Sequence record: MT446416.1 | Length of the DNA: 64,000 nucleotides | Reading direction: 5' to 3' (one strand) | Shown: positions 48,649-57,338 of the stretch, piece after piece | How positions within the stretch are numbered: the first letter of the stretch is position 1 | Layout of the letters: each line of letters begins with the position of its first letter | The notes under the pieces: model-generated | Seen by the model: only the letters and a program-made list of their open reading frames with translations | What the model was told of the DNA's origin: nothing | Database searches by the model: none | Position numbers and translations under genes: made by a program

Positions 48649-48981
48649 TTACTCTTCGTCTTCAGTCAAGTCTTCTTGAACTGGATGTTCTGGGTGGTTA
48701 CGGCGATGCAATTTGATGCTTTTGTCTTTACCTAAGACAGTTTCCATTTTTTCAAATGAATCACCAATTGCTTTGTATAAATCTGCATCATCGGCTGTAA
48801 CACTCTTACCGCCTGATGTTAAAGTTACGGAATATTGGTTCTTATGCTCTTTCTTCACATGAACACCAATATGCAGTACTGAAGAATCACTAAACTTCGT
48901 TAGTGCATTTGCTTCAGCATGAATTGCGTCATTGATTGCTGGAGTAATATCAACATTACCTTGGATAACTAAATCTAGCAT
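48649..48981 (-). CDS. hpf: Ribosome hibernation promoting factor (HPF/RaiA, S30AE family)
   Basis: IQGNVDITPAI ... L.K ... V.V ... DLYKAI...F.KME..L.K.K matches the short-HPF pattern. Confidence 0.75.
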   Translation of the reverse strand: MLDLVIQGNVDITPAINDAIHAEANALTKFSDSSVLHIGVHVKKEHKNQYSVTLTSGGKSVTADDADLYKAIGDSFEKMETVLGKDKSIKLHRRNHPEHPVQEDLTEDEE

Positions 48982-49005
48982 AATTTACCTACCTTTTTTT
49001 TAGTT

Positions 49006-49932
49006 TTAAAGATTACTAACTAACAATTCTGCACGGTTTCCTACTTGACGATACCATAGAGAATTCTTAATTTCTTTTTTGAACTTGTTATCATTTTGAT
49101 TATCAACGCTTTTCCATAATTTATTGAAAGTATTTAACTTATCAACTCCTAATGTAAATGCCATCTCAAATAAAATTCGTTGTTGTTCAGCCGTAAGGTT
49201 TGTTGCATTTCTTTTCTTCAATAATAAAACTAAATCATTATTAGTTCGTTCCATGTCAGACAATAAAAGTTTATGTGCTTGTGACTTCGTAATACCATTA
49301 CGATACTTACTTGCATCTGATTCTTTCTTTCCAAGATAATGTCCGTACCCAATAGTGAAGTTACCTTTTATATCACGATACGGATAAAATTTAGAATTTC
49401 GATATGGAACTCCAACTTTCCCACCAAGTAAACGTCGTTTGTTCTTGGACTGAAATTCAATAGAACCTTCAGCTTCTTTGATGTGATTGACAATTTCTGG
49501 ATCTTTATAATCAAACAGTACAGTCACATCTGGTAACAATACGTGCTTCAAATCCTCTTTTGTTGGGATAAAGATACCCTGAGAAGTATGAAGAGTTGCA
49601 TTTAAGTTGATGTTCTTCAACAAAATGACATAATCTTCAATCTGTACATTTTTAGGTTTAAATTTCTGTGCAATAGAATAATAACTATCACCAGGTTGAA
49701 CCGTATAATGTTTCTCGCTGCTTGGAACTGCTTTTGGTACTGATACCTTTGGTAGTTCCTGCTTTTGAATTTGAGTAAACTGTGGTTTTAAATTATGCAC
49801 CTGACTTTCGTCTAATGATGGTACATGATCACTTTGAGAAAAACCATAAAATCCAATAGCAGCGAATAGGGCTGATGAAACTAATACGCCTACGGCAATT
49901 TTAGTTTTCAGTGCTTTTTTCGCTTTTTTCAA
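49006..49932 (-). CDS. Signal-anchored LysM + T4-type (GH24) lysozyme
   Basis: Basic N-terminus plus hydrophobic helix; LysM YTVQPGDSYYSIA; EG...YRD..GNFTIGYGH, EMAFTLG, SLWYRQVGNRA. TTG start 49932 after GGAGG. Confidence 0.8.
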   Translation of the reverse strand: MKKAKKALKTKIAVGVLVSSALFAAIGFYGFSQSDHVPSLDESQVHNLKPQFTQIQKQELPKVSVPKAVPSSEKHYTVQPGDSYYSIAQKFKPKNVQIEDYVILLKNINLNATLHTSQGIFIPTKEDLKHVLLPDVTVLFDYKDPEIVNHIKEAEGSIEFQSKNKRRLLGGKVGVPYRNSKFYPYRDIKGNFTIGYGHYLGKKESDASKYRNGITKSQAHKLLLSDMERTNNDLVLLLKKRNATNLTAEQQRILFEMAFTLGVDKLNTFNKLWKSVDNQNDNKFKKEIKNSLWYRQVGNRAELLVSNL

Positions 49933-50099
49933 AACGCCTCCTTTGTTGGTTGTTAACAATGAGCAATCACAAAGAGGGCAAAGAGGCCATTTGCAAAAGC
50001 CTCATTGGACTTTCTACAGTACTCAGTTGTTCTTTGGAACATTTAAGTAGTATAGCATACTTTTTAGTTATATCAAGACCTATTTACCAAATAACCACA

Positions 50100-50510
50100 T
50101 TAATCGTAATATGTTCTACCAATGGTGATGTGATATTTGAAATATTTAGATGCTAAACCAAGTTCATCACGAATTTGTGCAATGAAATCATCTTCAAACT
50201 CTATGATAAAGAATGACCCAGGTTTCTTATTGTCTTTTACTTCTTCGATGAAAGGTTCGAACTTAATCTTAACTTTCATACCATCGTACTTTTTCCAGTA
50301 CTCTGGATTTGGTGGCACTTCACCACGAACGATACTGACATGTGCTCCCCATTGGGGGTCTTTAATATCAATATGTAAGTCAGTTCTGATGAAGTACTGG
50401 TAGTATCGAACCAACTGTAATGGAAGTTGCAGTACTAACCAGAAGTCCTTCTTCTTTTTCATAGTGCCACGATCTGGATCATACACCAGAGTTCCTTCCA
50501 TTTCAATCAT
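50100..50510 (-). CDS. 2H-phosphoesterase superfamily protein
   Basis: Two Hx(S/T)x motifs: AHVSIV and YHITIG, about 70 aa apart. Confidence 0.65.
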   Translation of the reverse strand: MIEMEGTLVYDPDRGTMKKKKDFWLVLQLPLQLVRYYQYFIRTDLHIDIKDPQWGAHVSIVRGEVPPNPEYWKKYDGMKVKIKFEPFIEEVKDNKKPGSFFIIEFEDDFIAQIRDELGLASKYFKYHITIGRTYYD

Positions 50511-50517
50511 ATTTTAC

Positions 50518-50721
50518 CTATAAATTTACATATATGTTTTTATTTTCAATACGAACATAAGTTTCTAAAACATCTTTCGGAATTTTATTACTTGTTTTGT
50601 ACCATGTAGTATTATCTACTAAAACAAAAGTTTCACCTTCAGTTTCACCAAATGTACTTAGTGCATAAATGAAGTAGTTTGGTGATGCACTACAATAAAC
50701 ATCAGCATTAATTTCAATCAT
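50518..50721 (-). CDS. Hypothetical protein
   Basis: 67-aa ORF in a tight operon. Confidence 0.55.
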   Translation of the reverse strand: MIEINADVYCSASPNYFIYALSTFGETEGETFVLVDNTTWYKTSNKIPKDVLETYVRIENKNIYVNL

Positions 50722-50724
50722 ATT

Positions 50725-50856
50725 TTACACCACAATAAAGCTTAATACAACGAGTGTAATAAACACACCCACAATGGCGGTCATTTCAGGGTTAGCATCG
50801 TATGTATAACGGATGCACTTTAGAAAATCTTTACCAAACTTTTTTAGTCCATTCAT
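50725..50856 (-). CDS. Unannotated 43-aa membrane protein
   Basis: MNGLKKFGKDFLKCIRYTYDANPEMTAIVGVFITLVVLSFIVV*, SD AGGA, fills the gap. Confidence 0.65.
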   Translation of the reverse strand: MNGLKKFGKDFLKCIRYTYDANPEMTAIVGVFITLVVLSFIVV

Positions 50857-50867
50857 ATATTTTCCTT

Positions 50868-51224
50868 TCATTTCTTGTGTAAAGGGTCGGCACTTTCATA
50901 ATAGATTGTATCATTGTTTCGCTCAATAGTAAAACTCTTTTGACACAACTCTTCAGCTAAACCCTTAGCATAGTTTAATACATCTCGGTTGAGATATACT
51001 TCTTCTTTTGGAAAGCGTGGGTACTGAATAATACGAGCACACATTCCACTTTCAAGACCACCCGTGTAGATGTATTCACACGGAATCAATTGTACACAAA
51101 AACCAAGATTGAATGTGAACTTTCTTGTGTACTCTCTTGCTGTTTGGATATCACCAGCAATATGAATATTCCAGTACTGCGTTTCAACTGTACCTTTGTC
51201 GATGTATTTCATACTCATCTCCAA
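50868..51224 (-). CDS. Hypothetical protein
   Basis: 118-aa ORF; YIYTGG.E.G...IIQYPRFP. Confidence 0.6.
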   Translation of the reverse strand: MEMSMKYIDKGTVETQYWNIHIAGDIQTAREYTRKFTFNLGFCVQLIPCEYIYTGGLESGMCARIIQYPRFPKEEVYLNRDVLNYAKGLAEELCQKSFTIERNNDTIYYESADPLHKK

Positions 51225-51241
51225 TTATAGCATAAAAAATC

Positions 51242-51637
51242 CTACTTGCCCAAATCTTCTATAATTCTTTTTATGGTATCATTGTTTTCCAGACATAAAG
51301 TACTGAAATTTCTACCTGTTTTTTCATTTAGTTCGCTGATTTCAAGCATAAGATAACCATACGTGATATCTTGAATCCTACTTCGTTTTACCCTTGAGTA
51401 CAGTTTTATGGGTACAGATACACGAGTATTCAAAAAGAATTCTGGTAAATCATAACGATATACCAGGTATTCATTCTTGGAACGTCTACGACTGTACGAT
51501 TCTAAACACTGTGGGAAACGTCTGTCAAAAATACTACTCCTTAACTTAAGGAACATTGGATCTATCTTATGTGAGTAATATGATTTGATTATTTCATCAA
51601 ATCTTTTTGTATGTCGTTTACGCCATCTCATAATCAA
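51242..51637 (-). CDS. Basic hypothetical protein
   Basis: ORF overlapping the upstream stop. Confidence 0.55.
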   Translation of the reverse strand: MIMRWRKRHTKRFDEIIKSYYSHKIDPMFLKLRSSIFDRRFPQCLESYSRRRSKNEYLVYRYDLPEFFLNTRVSVPIKLYSRVKRSRIQDITYGYLMLEISELNEKTGRNFSTLCLENNDTIKRIIEDLGK

Positions 51638-52077
51638 ACCTTAAAAAATATAATAGGAAAGTATTTTGTTTCCGAATCTGAAATACTGTTACAGTAATCT
51701 TTCAATTCATCATGGATAACATTCAAATGAATAGTAGGATAGTTCATAGGTTTCTGTACTGGGCCAGTGGCATATACGCAATCTGTTCTATCCCAACTTA
51801 CATATTGGGTTGGATAATTATCTTTAGTACGTTCTTCAATAATAATATTATATTCTGGTGTATTCAATACATATATATCACATTGAGAAATGTACTGAAC
51901 ATTAAAATCACCGTCAGTGAGATGGATCATGTTCCCATCGCAATATAAGCATGATGGTTCAGTGTATCCTAAAATTGAAGATAAAGTTCTGAAGTTTGCT
52001 CCTGGACCCAAATATACCAAATTCGTGTGTAAACAAATATCAATGAAACGTTTGAAGACTTCAGTTTCGTTATGCAT
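51634..52077 (-). CDS. Hypothetical protein
   Basis: 147-aa ORF. Confidence 0.55.
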   Translation of the reverse strand: MHNETEVFKRFIDICLHTNLVYLGPGANFRTLSSILGYTEPSCLYCDGNMIHLTDGDFNVQYISQCDIYVLNTPEYNIIIEERTKDNYPTQYVSWDRTDCVYATGPVQKPMNYPTIHLNVIHDELKDYCNSISDSETKYFPIIFFKV

Positions 52078-52088
52078 ATAGATACCTT

Positions 52089-52112
52089 AAAAAGACCCCA
52101 CATAGTGAGGTC
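52089..52112 (-). terminator. Intrinsic terminator
   Basis: GACCTCAC-TAT-GTGGGGTC-TTTT. Confidence 0.65.
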
Positions 52113-52120
52113 AAACACTT

Positions 52121-52345
52121 TTAAACGTTATCATCATCCAATATTTCACGGTAAACATAATAAACATGTGTACCTAGAAGAACAATGAGTACAATGAAGA
52201 CTAACCAGAATGGTACAAAATGCAGTACAAGTGCAAATGCCATTACGGTAATAATCATTACTACTGAACTGAAAATAAGACTGGTCGCTTTTTTAAATCC
52301 AGATAGTACATCATTCAAAACGCGTTTCATAAATGAATCAACCAT
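52121..52345 (-). CDS. Small membrane protein (two TM helices)
   Basis: Long hydrophobic stretch LIFSSVVMIITVMAFALVLHFVPFWLVFIVLIVLLG. Confidence 0.65.
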   Translation of the reverse strand: MVDSFMKRVLNDVLSGFKKATSLIFSSVVMIITVMAFALVLHFVPFWLVFIVLIVLLGTHVYYVYREILDDDNV

Positions 52346-52922
52346 TTTTCTTCCTCATATAATCCATATAGCAAGTTCTGCATAGACTCTTGTATGATTC
52401 ATCACCACCAATAAAGACTTTATCAGTACTTTCAACTATACGGGCATTCATAGTGGCTTCTTTGCCACACTTCTGATTCTCACACACGTTCTTAAGTTCA
52501 TGTATGTCATCAGCTATTTCGAACAGTCTTTGTGAACCTTCAAAAAGATTGGATTCAAAATCTGTTCGGATTCCATAACAGGAAACATCAACACCATAAT
52601 TATCTGCTATATCAGCTAAATGGTCAATTTGTTCTCTGTTTAAAAATTGACATTCATCAACATAGATACTGTTAATGTCAACGTCATTTTTGAGTGTTTC
52701 TTTAACTTTAAGAAGAACACTAATGTCATTTTTTGGAATTACTTCAGCCTCAGCTTCGATGCCAATTCTCGAAGTAATCTTTCCTGTTCCATAACGATCA
52801 TCAAGTGCACTGGTTAAGTAAATTACCTTCATTCCATTTTTCTTATGGTTATATGCTTTTTGTAAAAGATGAGTACTTTTACCACTAGACATACTACCAT
52901 AGTAATATACTAATTTACTCAT
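52338..52922 (-). CDS. tdk: Thymidine kinase (type II)
   Basis: YGSMSSGKST, YVDECQFL, YGIRTDF, C...CGK.A..NAR, IGGDESYKSLCR.C. Confidence 0.97.
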   Translation of the reverse strand: MSKLVYYYGSMSSGKSTHLLQKAYNHKKNGMKVIYLTSALDDRYGTGKITSRIGIEAEAEVIPKNDISVLLKVKETLKNDVDINSIYVDECQFLNREQIDHLADIADNYGVDVSCYGIRTDFESNLFEGSQRLFEIADDIHELKNVCENQKCGKEATMNARIVESTDKVFIGGDESYKSLCRTCYMDYMRKKNG

Positions 52923-53253
52923 TTTTAATCCTTAAGTACGTGTGCTTGCATTTTAATCTATTACCATAGGATGAAATTGGGATATTGAACATTTCTATTT
53001 TACCCTCTTTTAAAAGACGTAAAATATCTGGATCGTTTTTGGTTTGTACACAATGAAGACCATTGACTTGAATTTCTACACCATTATTCAGAAATTCATA
53101 AATCTTCTGTCTACGCTTCCCACCGAAACTTTCATTTCGGATAACATCTCTTAGGTCTTTATATTCTTGTTTTAATTTCCTGTCAAAAAGTGTTCCATCT
53201 TTCTTTCTGATTTCTTCAATACACTTATATTGAGTTTGTCCTCTAAGAGCCAT
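52915..53253 (-). CDS. Basic hypothetical protein
   Basis: SD GAGG; overlaps tdk start. Confidence 0.6.
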   Translation of the reverse strand: MALRGQTQYKCIEEIRKKDGTLFDRKLKQEYKDLRDVIRNESFGGKRRQKIYEFLNNGVEIQVNGLHCVQTKNDPDILRLLKEGKIEMFNIPISSYGNRLKCKHTYLRIKNE

Positions 53254-53722
53254 ATTTGACCTCGTTGGGATATTTCTTCATTAACTCATGTAAACGTTGA
53301 ATTTCCTGATTTTTCTTATGTTCTTCATCATACTTCTTAGAAAGATTCTTTCTTGTATTTGATTCTAATAATCTAAAATTAGTACAGAATCTATCATTTT
53401 TAGCAACGTTCTTACGTAACGCATCAAAAACAGTACTGAAATAGTTATCCAATGGAAAAGAAGTGTCAGTGTAATTATAAAAATCCATTACATTTGTCAG
53501 GTTCACATGTTCAATTACCGCACCATTGTGCGTTACAATAAACATTATATCACCATAATTACAATTTGCATCAGTACGGTGCAGATATAAATGATCACGT
53601 AAATAATCTTTTAATTTATGTTCAATACCACTTTGTTCAGTACTTTGAAATACCAAAACTTCACCATAGGTTGTATTACCGTCATATTCATTTGGTTCGC
53701 GGATAATTGTAAGGTTATACAT
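53243..53722 (-). CDS. Hypothetical protein
   Basis: SD GGAG; 159 aa. Confidence 0.6.
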   Translation of the reverse strand: MYNLTIIREPNEYDGNTTYGEVLVFQSTEQSGIEHKLKDYLRDHLYLHRTDANCNYGDIMFIVTHNGAVIEHVNLTNVMDFYNYTDTSFPLDNYFSTVFDALRKNVAKNDRFCTNFRLLESNTRKNLSKKYDEEHKKNQEIQRLHELMKKYPNEVKYGS

Positions 53723-53730
53723 ATAACTCC

Positions 53731-54021
53731 TTATACCGGAGATACGGTACTCAGCATTAGTAGAGCAGTGTTTTCATCAATTTCATGTTGATTGTCGCAA
53801 ACTAGAGTTTCCAGCAGATCTGGATTGTAATAATAATGTTCATAATCTGTATCATTTGGAATATGGTGATAGGTGAATACAATGTCAAATACATCATCAT
53901 CATTTTCACTTTTGAAACGCTTTAATTCTTCTACACTTTCAACAAAGCCATACTCTTCAAAAGCAGTAGTACCATCTTGTAGTTTCATCCATGCACTTGC
54001 GACAATTTTCATAAATTTCAA
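53731..54021 (-). CDS. Hypothetical protein
   Basis: 96-aa acidic ORF. Confidence 0.55.
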   Translation of the reverse strand: MKFMKIVASAWMKLQDGTTAFEEYGFVESVEELKRFKSENDDDVFDIVFTYHHIPNDTDYEHYYYNPDLLETLVCDNQHEIDENTALLMLSTVSPV

Positions 54022-54025
54022 ATCC

Positions 54026-54613
54026 TTATTCTTTTGTAATGTTTAGTTTAGAAACGAAATGGTTTTTTGCTTCTTCAAATGTCATTGAAGTATATACTGG
54101 GTTCCAATTATCGTCAAGATCTGTAAGTACTTTAACTTCCATTACATCTTCAGGTGTGTAGAATTGCCATGTATTATGGTCTGGCTCATAATTAGGATCT
54201 AGTACAAAAACTGTTCCATTCTGACCATAAACTTCCCCATCATTTAATAGTTCACTGAAGAAATCTTCACCTGTTGTTGGGTCTTCGTATGCATTATAAA
54301 AACGAAAAACAACATTCTCAACATCAGTTCGGGTAGTACCATCGTCTTCATCATATTCCACCAAACGGTCCTGATGAAATACTAGGTCAATAGCACCAAT
54401 GCGAGGTTTATTATGTGGAGTTTTGATTTCTTGCTGGGAATTGTAATCCATACGTTCAGTACTGATGAATACACCACTTGGTGTGATTTCAATACCAGAC
54501 ACATTTTCTGGTGAATAGTACGCTTCACACATATCATCAATATACATGTGCTCATGATACACTTCCATTTCAGGGTTCTGCATCAACAGTGCTGCTAGGT
54601 CTTTTGCTTTCAA
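54026..54613 (-). CDS. Hypothetical protein
   Basis: MKAKDLAALLMQNPEMEV N-terminus; 195 aa. Confidence 0.6.
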   Translation of the reverse strand: MKAKDLAALLMQNPEMEVYHEHMYIDDMCEAYYSPENVSGIEITPSGVFISTERMDYNSQQEIKTPHNKPRIGAIDLVFHQDRLVEYDEDDGTTRTDVENVVFRFYNAYEDPTTGEDFFSELLNDGEVYGQNGTVFVLDPNYEPDHNTWQFYTPEDVMEVKVLTDLDDNWNPVYTSMTFEEAKNHFVSKLNITKE

Positions 54614-55002
54614 TCTTCAATCTCCATAGAGTCATCACTTTCGTAATCATCACTAGTGTACTTAGTTTTTACCTCAATACCATTCTCATGTAGGTATGTG
54701 ATAAAACCATTACCATGAACGAATTGATTATAATATGTATTTTCTTCTACATGTGAGTCATAATCATCTTCGTAATATGTGGGCATTGTAACATCATGAC
54801 CAGCACTTTGCAAGTACTGGAACAATTCTTTCAGTACTACTTCGATATCACCTTCTTCTGTACCATAACAATATGCAGGTTCACCGTGAGTGAATTTGAA
54901 TCCTTTACAGGAAACTGTATAAATGTCACTCATGTTCATACCACAATCATCACATTCATGTATAGAACAATGCTGGTGGAATTTAATCTTTTTGATTTGC
55001 AT
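54610..55002 (-). CDS. Acidic hypothetical protein with Cys/His cluster
   Basis: HQHCSIHECDDCG possible metal site. Confidence 0.55.
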   Translation of the reverse strand: MQIKKIKFHQHCSIHECDDCGMNMSDIYTVSCKGFKFTHGEPAYCYGTEEGDIEVVLKELFQYLQSAGHDVTMPTYYEDDYDSHVEENTYYNQFVHGNGFITYLHENGIEVKTKYTSDDYESDDSMEIED

Positions 55003-55351
55003 TTAGAAAATCCTGTAAAGATGTAGTAGACATTGGACTATCAGCACCATCATACCACAGTGATGTATATGGCTGAACTGAACTAATATCAATACACAAC
55101 CCTTCACGCTCACATTTTTGAGCGAATTCTTCAGTAGTTTGTTTGTTACCAAAAGAAATCTCAAATTCATAACTCTCAAATTCATAACTAGACATATCAA
55201 TATCAGTACTGTAAATTAATGCACCATCATATGTAATATGGAGTTTAGAATCTGCGTCAAAAAGACGATCTGAAATAGCTTCATAATCATCTTCAGGAAC
55301 TGCTTCAATAAGACGGGCCATTAGTCCAGATGTTACGCGGTAATCACTCAT
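54983..55351 (-). CDS. Hypothetical protein
   Basis: ATG 55351 after GGAG; WYDGADSP. Confidence 0.6.
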   Translation of the reverse strand: MSDYRVTSGLMARLIEAVPEDDYEAISDRLFDADSKLHITYDGALIYSTDIDMSSYEFESYEFEISFGNKQTTEEFAQKCEREGLCIDISSVQPYTSLWYDGADSPMSTTSLQDFLNANQKD

Positions 55352-55362
55352 ATATATTCTCC

Positions 55363-55392
55363 AAAAGAAAAGGAGAGTCACAATGACTCTCC
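55363..55392 (-). terminator. Intrinsic terminator
   Basis: GGAGAGTCA-TTG-TGACTCTCC-TTTTCTTTT. Confidence 0.85.
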
Positions 55393-55399
55393 ATATATT

Positions 55400-55843
55400 T
55401 TATTGTAAAACTTTAAGTTTGTAAAGCATTCCTTCACAAAAACTCATAATGTCTTCTAGTGTGTTAGTACTGCCATAGTCTTCAGCCTCTTCAAGCATAG
55501 CATGAATGGCTTTACATTGACTAACATATTCTTCAAGAATTGGTACACAATCCTCGATAGGGGTAAAACGATAACTGTTACCAGTACCTACCTGTAATGC
55601 CCCGCGAGTGTTCATAATACCCTCTACAAATGCATCAACGTACTCAGGTAACTCTTTGTATAGTTCATCCAATTGTAGATGCTTAGTGTAGAAATGGCTC
55701 TGTAAATGCCAGTTGTGAGCAGCAGCACTTAAAAATAAACTATTCTCAATAAATGTAAGTAGTACTTCATCATAAGAACTATCTTCTTCAGTATCTCCAA
55801 TAAAGTCCATAACGTGGCGAAGTGTTGATATATCTTCATTCAT
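55400..55843 (-). CDS. Dps/ferritin-like DNA-protection protein
   Basis: AHNWHL....Y.KH..LDELY..L.EYVDAFVE ferroxidase-like pattern; ATG 55843 after GAGG. Confidence 0.75.
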   Translation of the reverse strand: MNEDISTLRHVMDFIGDTEEDSSYDEVLLTFIENSLFLSAAAHNWHLQSHFYTKHLQLDELYKELPEYVDAFVEGIMNTRGALQVGTGNSYRFTPIEDCVPILEEYVSQCKAIHAMLEEAEDYGSTNTLEDIMSFCEGMLYKLKVLQ

Positions 55844-55872
55844 ATAATTACATCCTCTATGTGTATTCATAT

Positions 55873-56514
55873 TCATATTTTATTTATAGTAATGGTGATA
55901 TTAAAACTTTCTATATCATTCTTTAATATATCAACTCGTTTTCGTAAACCATCTATAACTTCTGGTATTACATCATTTTTATACATCTCTATTAACTCTT
56001 CTATATATTTTTTCTTTTCTATCTGCCACGCACGATGTGCATCTTCTGGAGTTTCATAAACACCAATGTATGTTGTTTTATTATATATTGTTATTTTAGC
56101 ACAATAAGGTTTGGTATATTCACTCACCATGTCTTTTGGACGTTTTCTGTATATCACTCCCATTCCATATGGTGATGCATTTGCAGCACTGTCTAGTATA
56201 CAGTAATTCAATTCTTTGGGAACAAATGCACATGTTTCAGGAGAATAGATTTTCTTACTCCCACCAATAATATCTTTATCTAATTGATATCCTTCTTTAT
56301 AATGTGATTTGTACCAAATTTTAAATTTTGAATAATACTTCCACTCATCACATACAACAGTTCCAATATAAGAACCCTTAGCCTTATCGGAATAGCATCG
56401 GTCTAACATACGTTGCCATGCACAATATATTGCTCGATCTGGATTTGTTATACTAGCATCACCTTTTATATCACAGATGCCATGACCATAAAACTTCTTC
56501 ATTAATTTATCCAT
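55873..56514 (-). mobile_element. HNH-family homing-endonuclease-like gene with AP2-like C-terminus
   Basis: W..ML.RCY ... V.DEW..Y..F..W ... LDKDII ... YSPETC.FVP..LN; YIGVYETPEDAHRAW. Confidence 0.8.
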
Positions 56515-56524
56515 ATTTTTGTAA

Positions 56525-56953
56525 TTAGTTAATAATAAAGGTAACTTCAGGATTCATTTCTGAAACTGCATTTCTTTTACTTCTATTCCATAGTACTCTA
56601 TTGTTATATAATGAAGAATCACAAATTATAAGTAAGCAATTCCTTAATCTACTTACAGTACTTTGATTACTTAAATCAGTTTCTGTAACAAAAAATACAT
56701 TATCAGGAACTTCTACAGGAATTGATTTATCAAAGAAGAAAACTACAATAGGTCTGTTTGTATGAACTAAATTAATAAAGTCTAAAATACTGTTATAAAA
56801 TTCAGTTCCTTTGTTTAAACTTAATGGATCTTTGATCCTCTTCAAATATGTCTGAACCAATTTATGATCGTTTTTGATTTGATACTCAAAATATTCTTTG
56901 AATAACATTTGTGTTAATTCAGATGTATTGGATATTTTCGTTGTGTTACTCAT
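56525..56953 (-). CDS. Hypothetical protein
   Basis: 142-aa ORF. Confidence 0.5.
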   Translation of the reverse strand: MSNTTKISNTSELTQMLFKEYFEYQIKNDHKLVQTYLKRIKDPLSLNKGTEFYNSILDFINLVHTNRPIVVFFFDKSIPVEVPDNVFFVTETDLSNQSTVSRLRNCLLIICDSSLYNNRVLWNRSKRNAVSEMNPEVTFIIN

Positions 56954-57093
56954 TCACTTCGTTCTCTCGTAACTCAAGAAGTCACTACGTTTACTTCGTA
57001 AACTAGTTCCTTCTGAAAATGATAATGTACTTTAAAAGCTTGACGGGATTTGTTGAGGACTATTTCATCCCCCCGCAGGGGAATGAAGGTAAT

Positions 57094-57119
57094 AAAAAAG
57101 AGACAATTAAGTCTCTCTT
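57094..57119 (-). terminator. Intrinsic terminator within the non-coding gap
   Basis: GAGAC-TTAATT-GTCTC-TTTTTT on the minus strand. Confidence 0.7.
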
Positions 57120-57155
57120 GACGATGATGGCATCGGATATTATCGAATTGCGAAT

Positions 57156-57338
57156 TTCTCAAATTTTGGACGGATCTTTCTTGTACCAAAATTTAGAGAG
57201 CGAAAGCGGGTTGCTCGGTTTCTCTCTATCGCAGTCATATGCAACGGTCGCTGGTCTTTTCATCAACAGCACTCAGTACTAAACTCTATTCGATCAAAGT
57301 AGTACCTGTTCTCAAATTTTGGACGCAACTTTCTTGTA
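57156..57338. repeat. Two-copy 30-nt direct repeat (28/30 identical)
   Basis: 57156-57185 TTCTCAAATTTTGGACGGATCTTTCTTGTA and 57309-57338 TTCTCAAATTTTGGACGCAACTTTCTTGTA. Confidence 0.9.

Noticed and set aside
49965-50030. c-di-GMP-I riboswitch-like words (AGGGCAAA ... GCAAAAGCCTC) on the + strand
   Set aside because: The P2 stem with GNRA loop is missing (only 10 nt between the words), and it is antisense to all neighbouring genes; better explained by the minus-strand leader hairpin.
57040-57125. Group I intron (minus-strand GAGAGACTTA and GAAATAGTCC resemble R and S elements)
   Set aside because: No interrupted gene (both flanking ORFs are complete), P7 pairing is imperfect, and the Q-like AAATCCCGT lies after rather than before R/S.
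57019-57282. 87-aa + strand ORF (and 71-aa - strand ORF 56974-57189)
   Set aside because: Against local gene orientation or lacking an SD, atypical codon usage, and overlapping terminator hairpins.
57156-57338. CRISPR mini-array
   Set aside because: Only two copies, 123-nt spacer (far too long), and no cas genes in the window.
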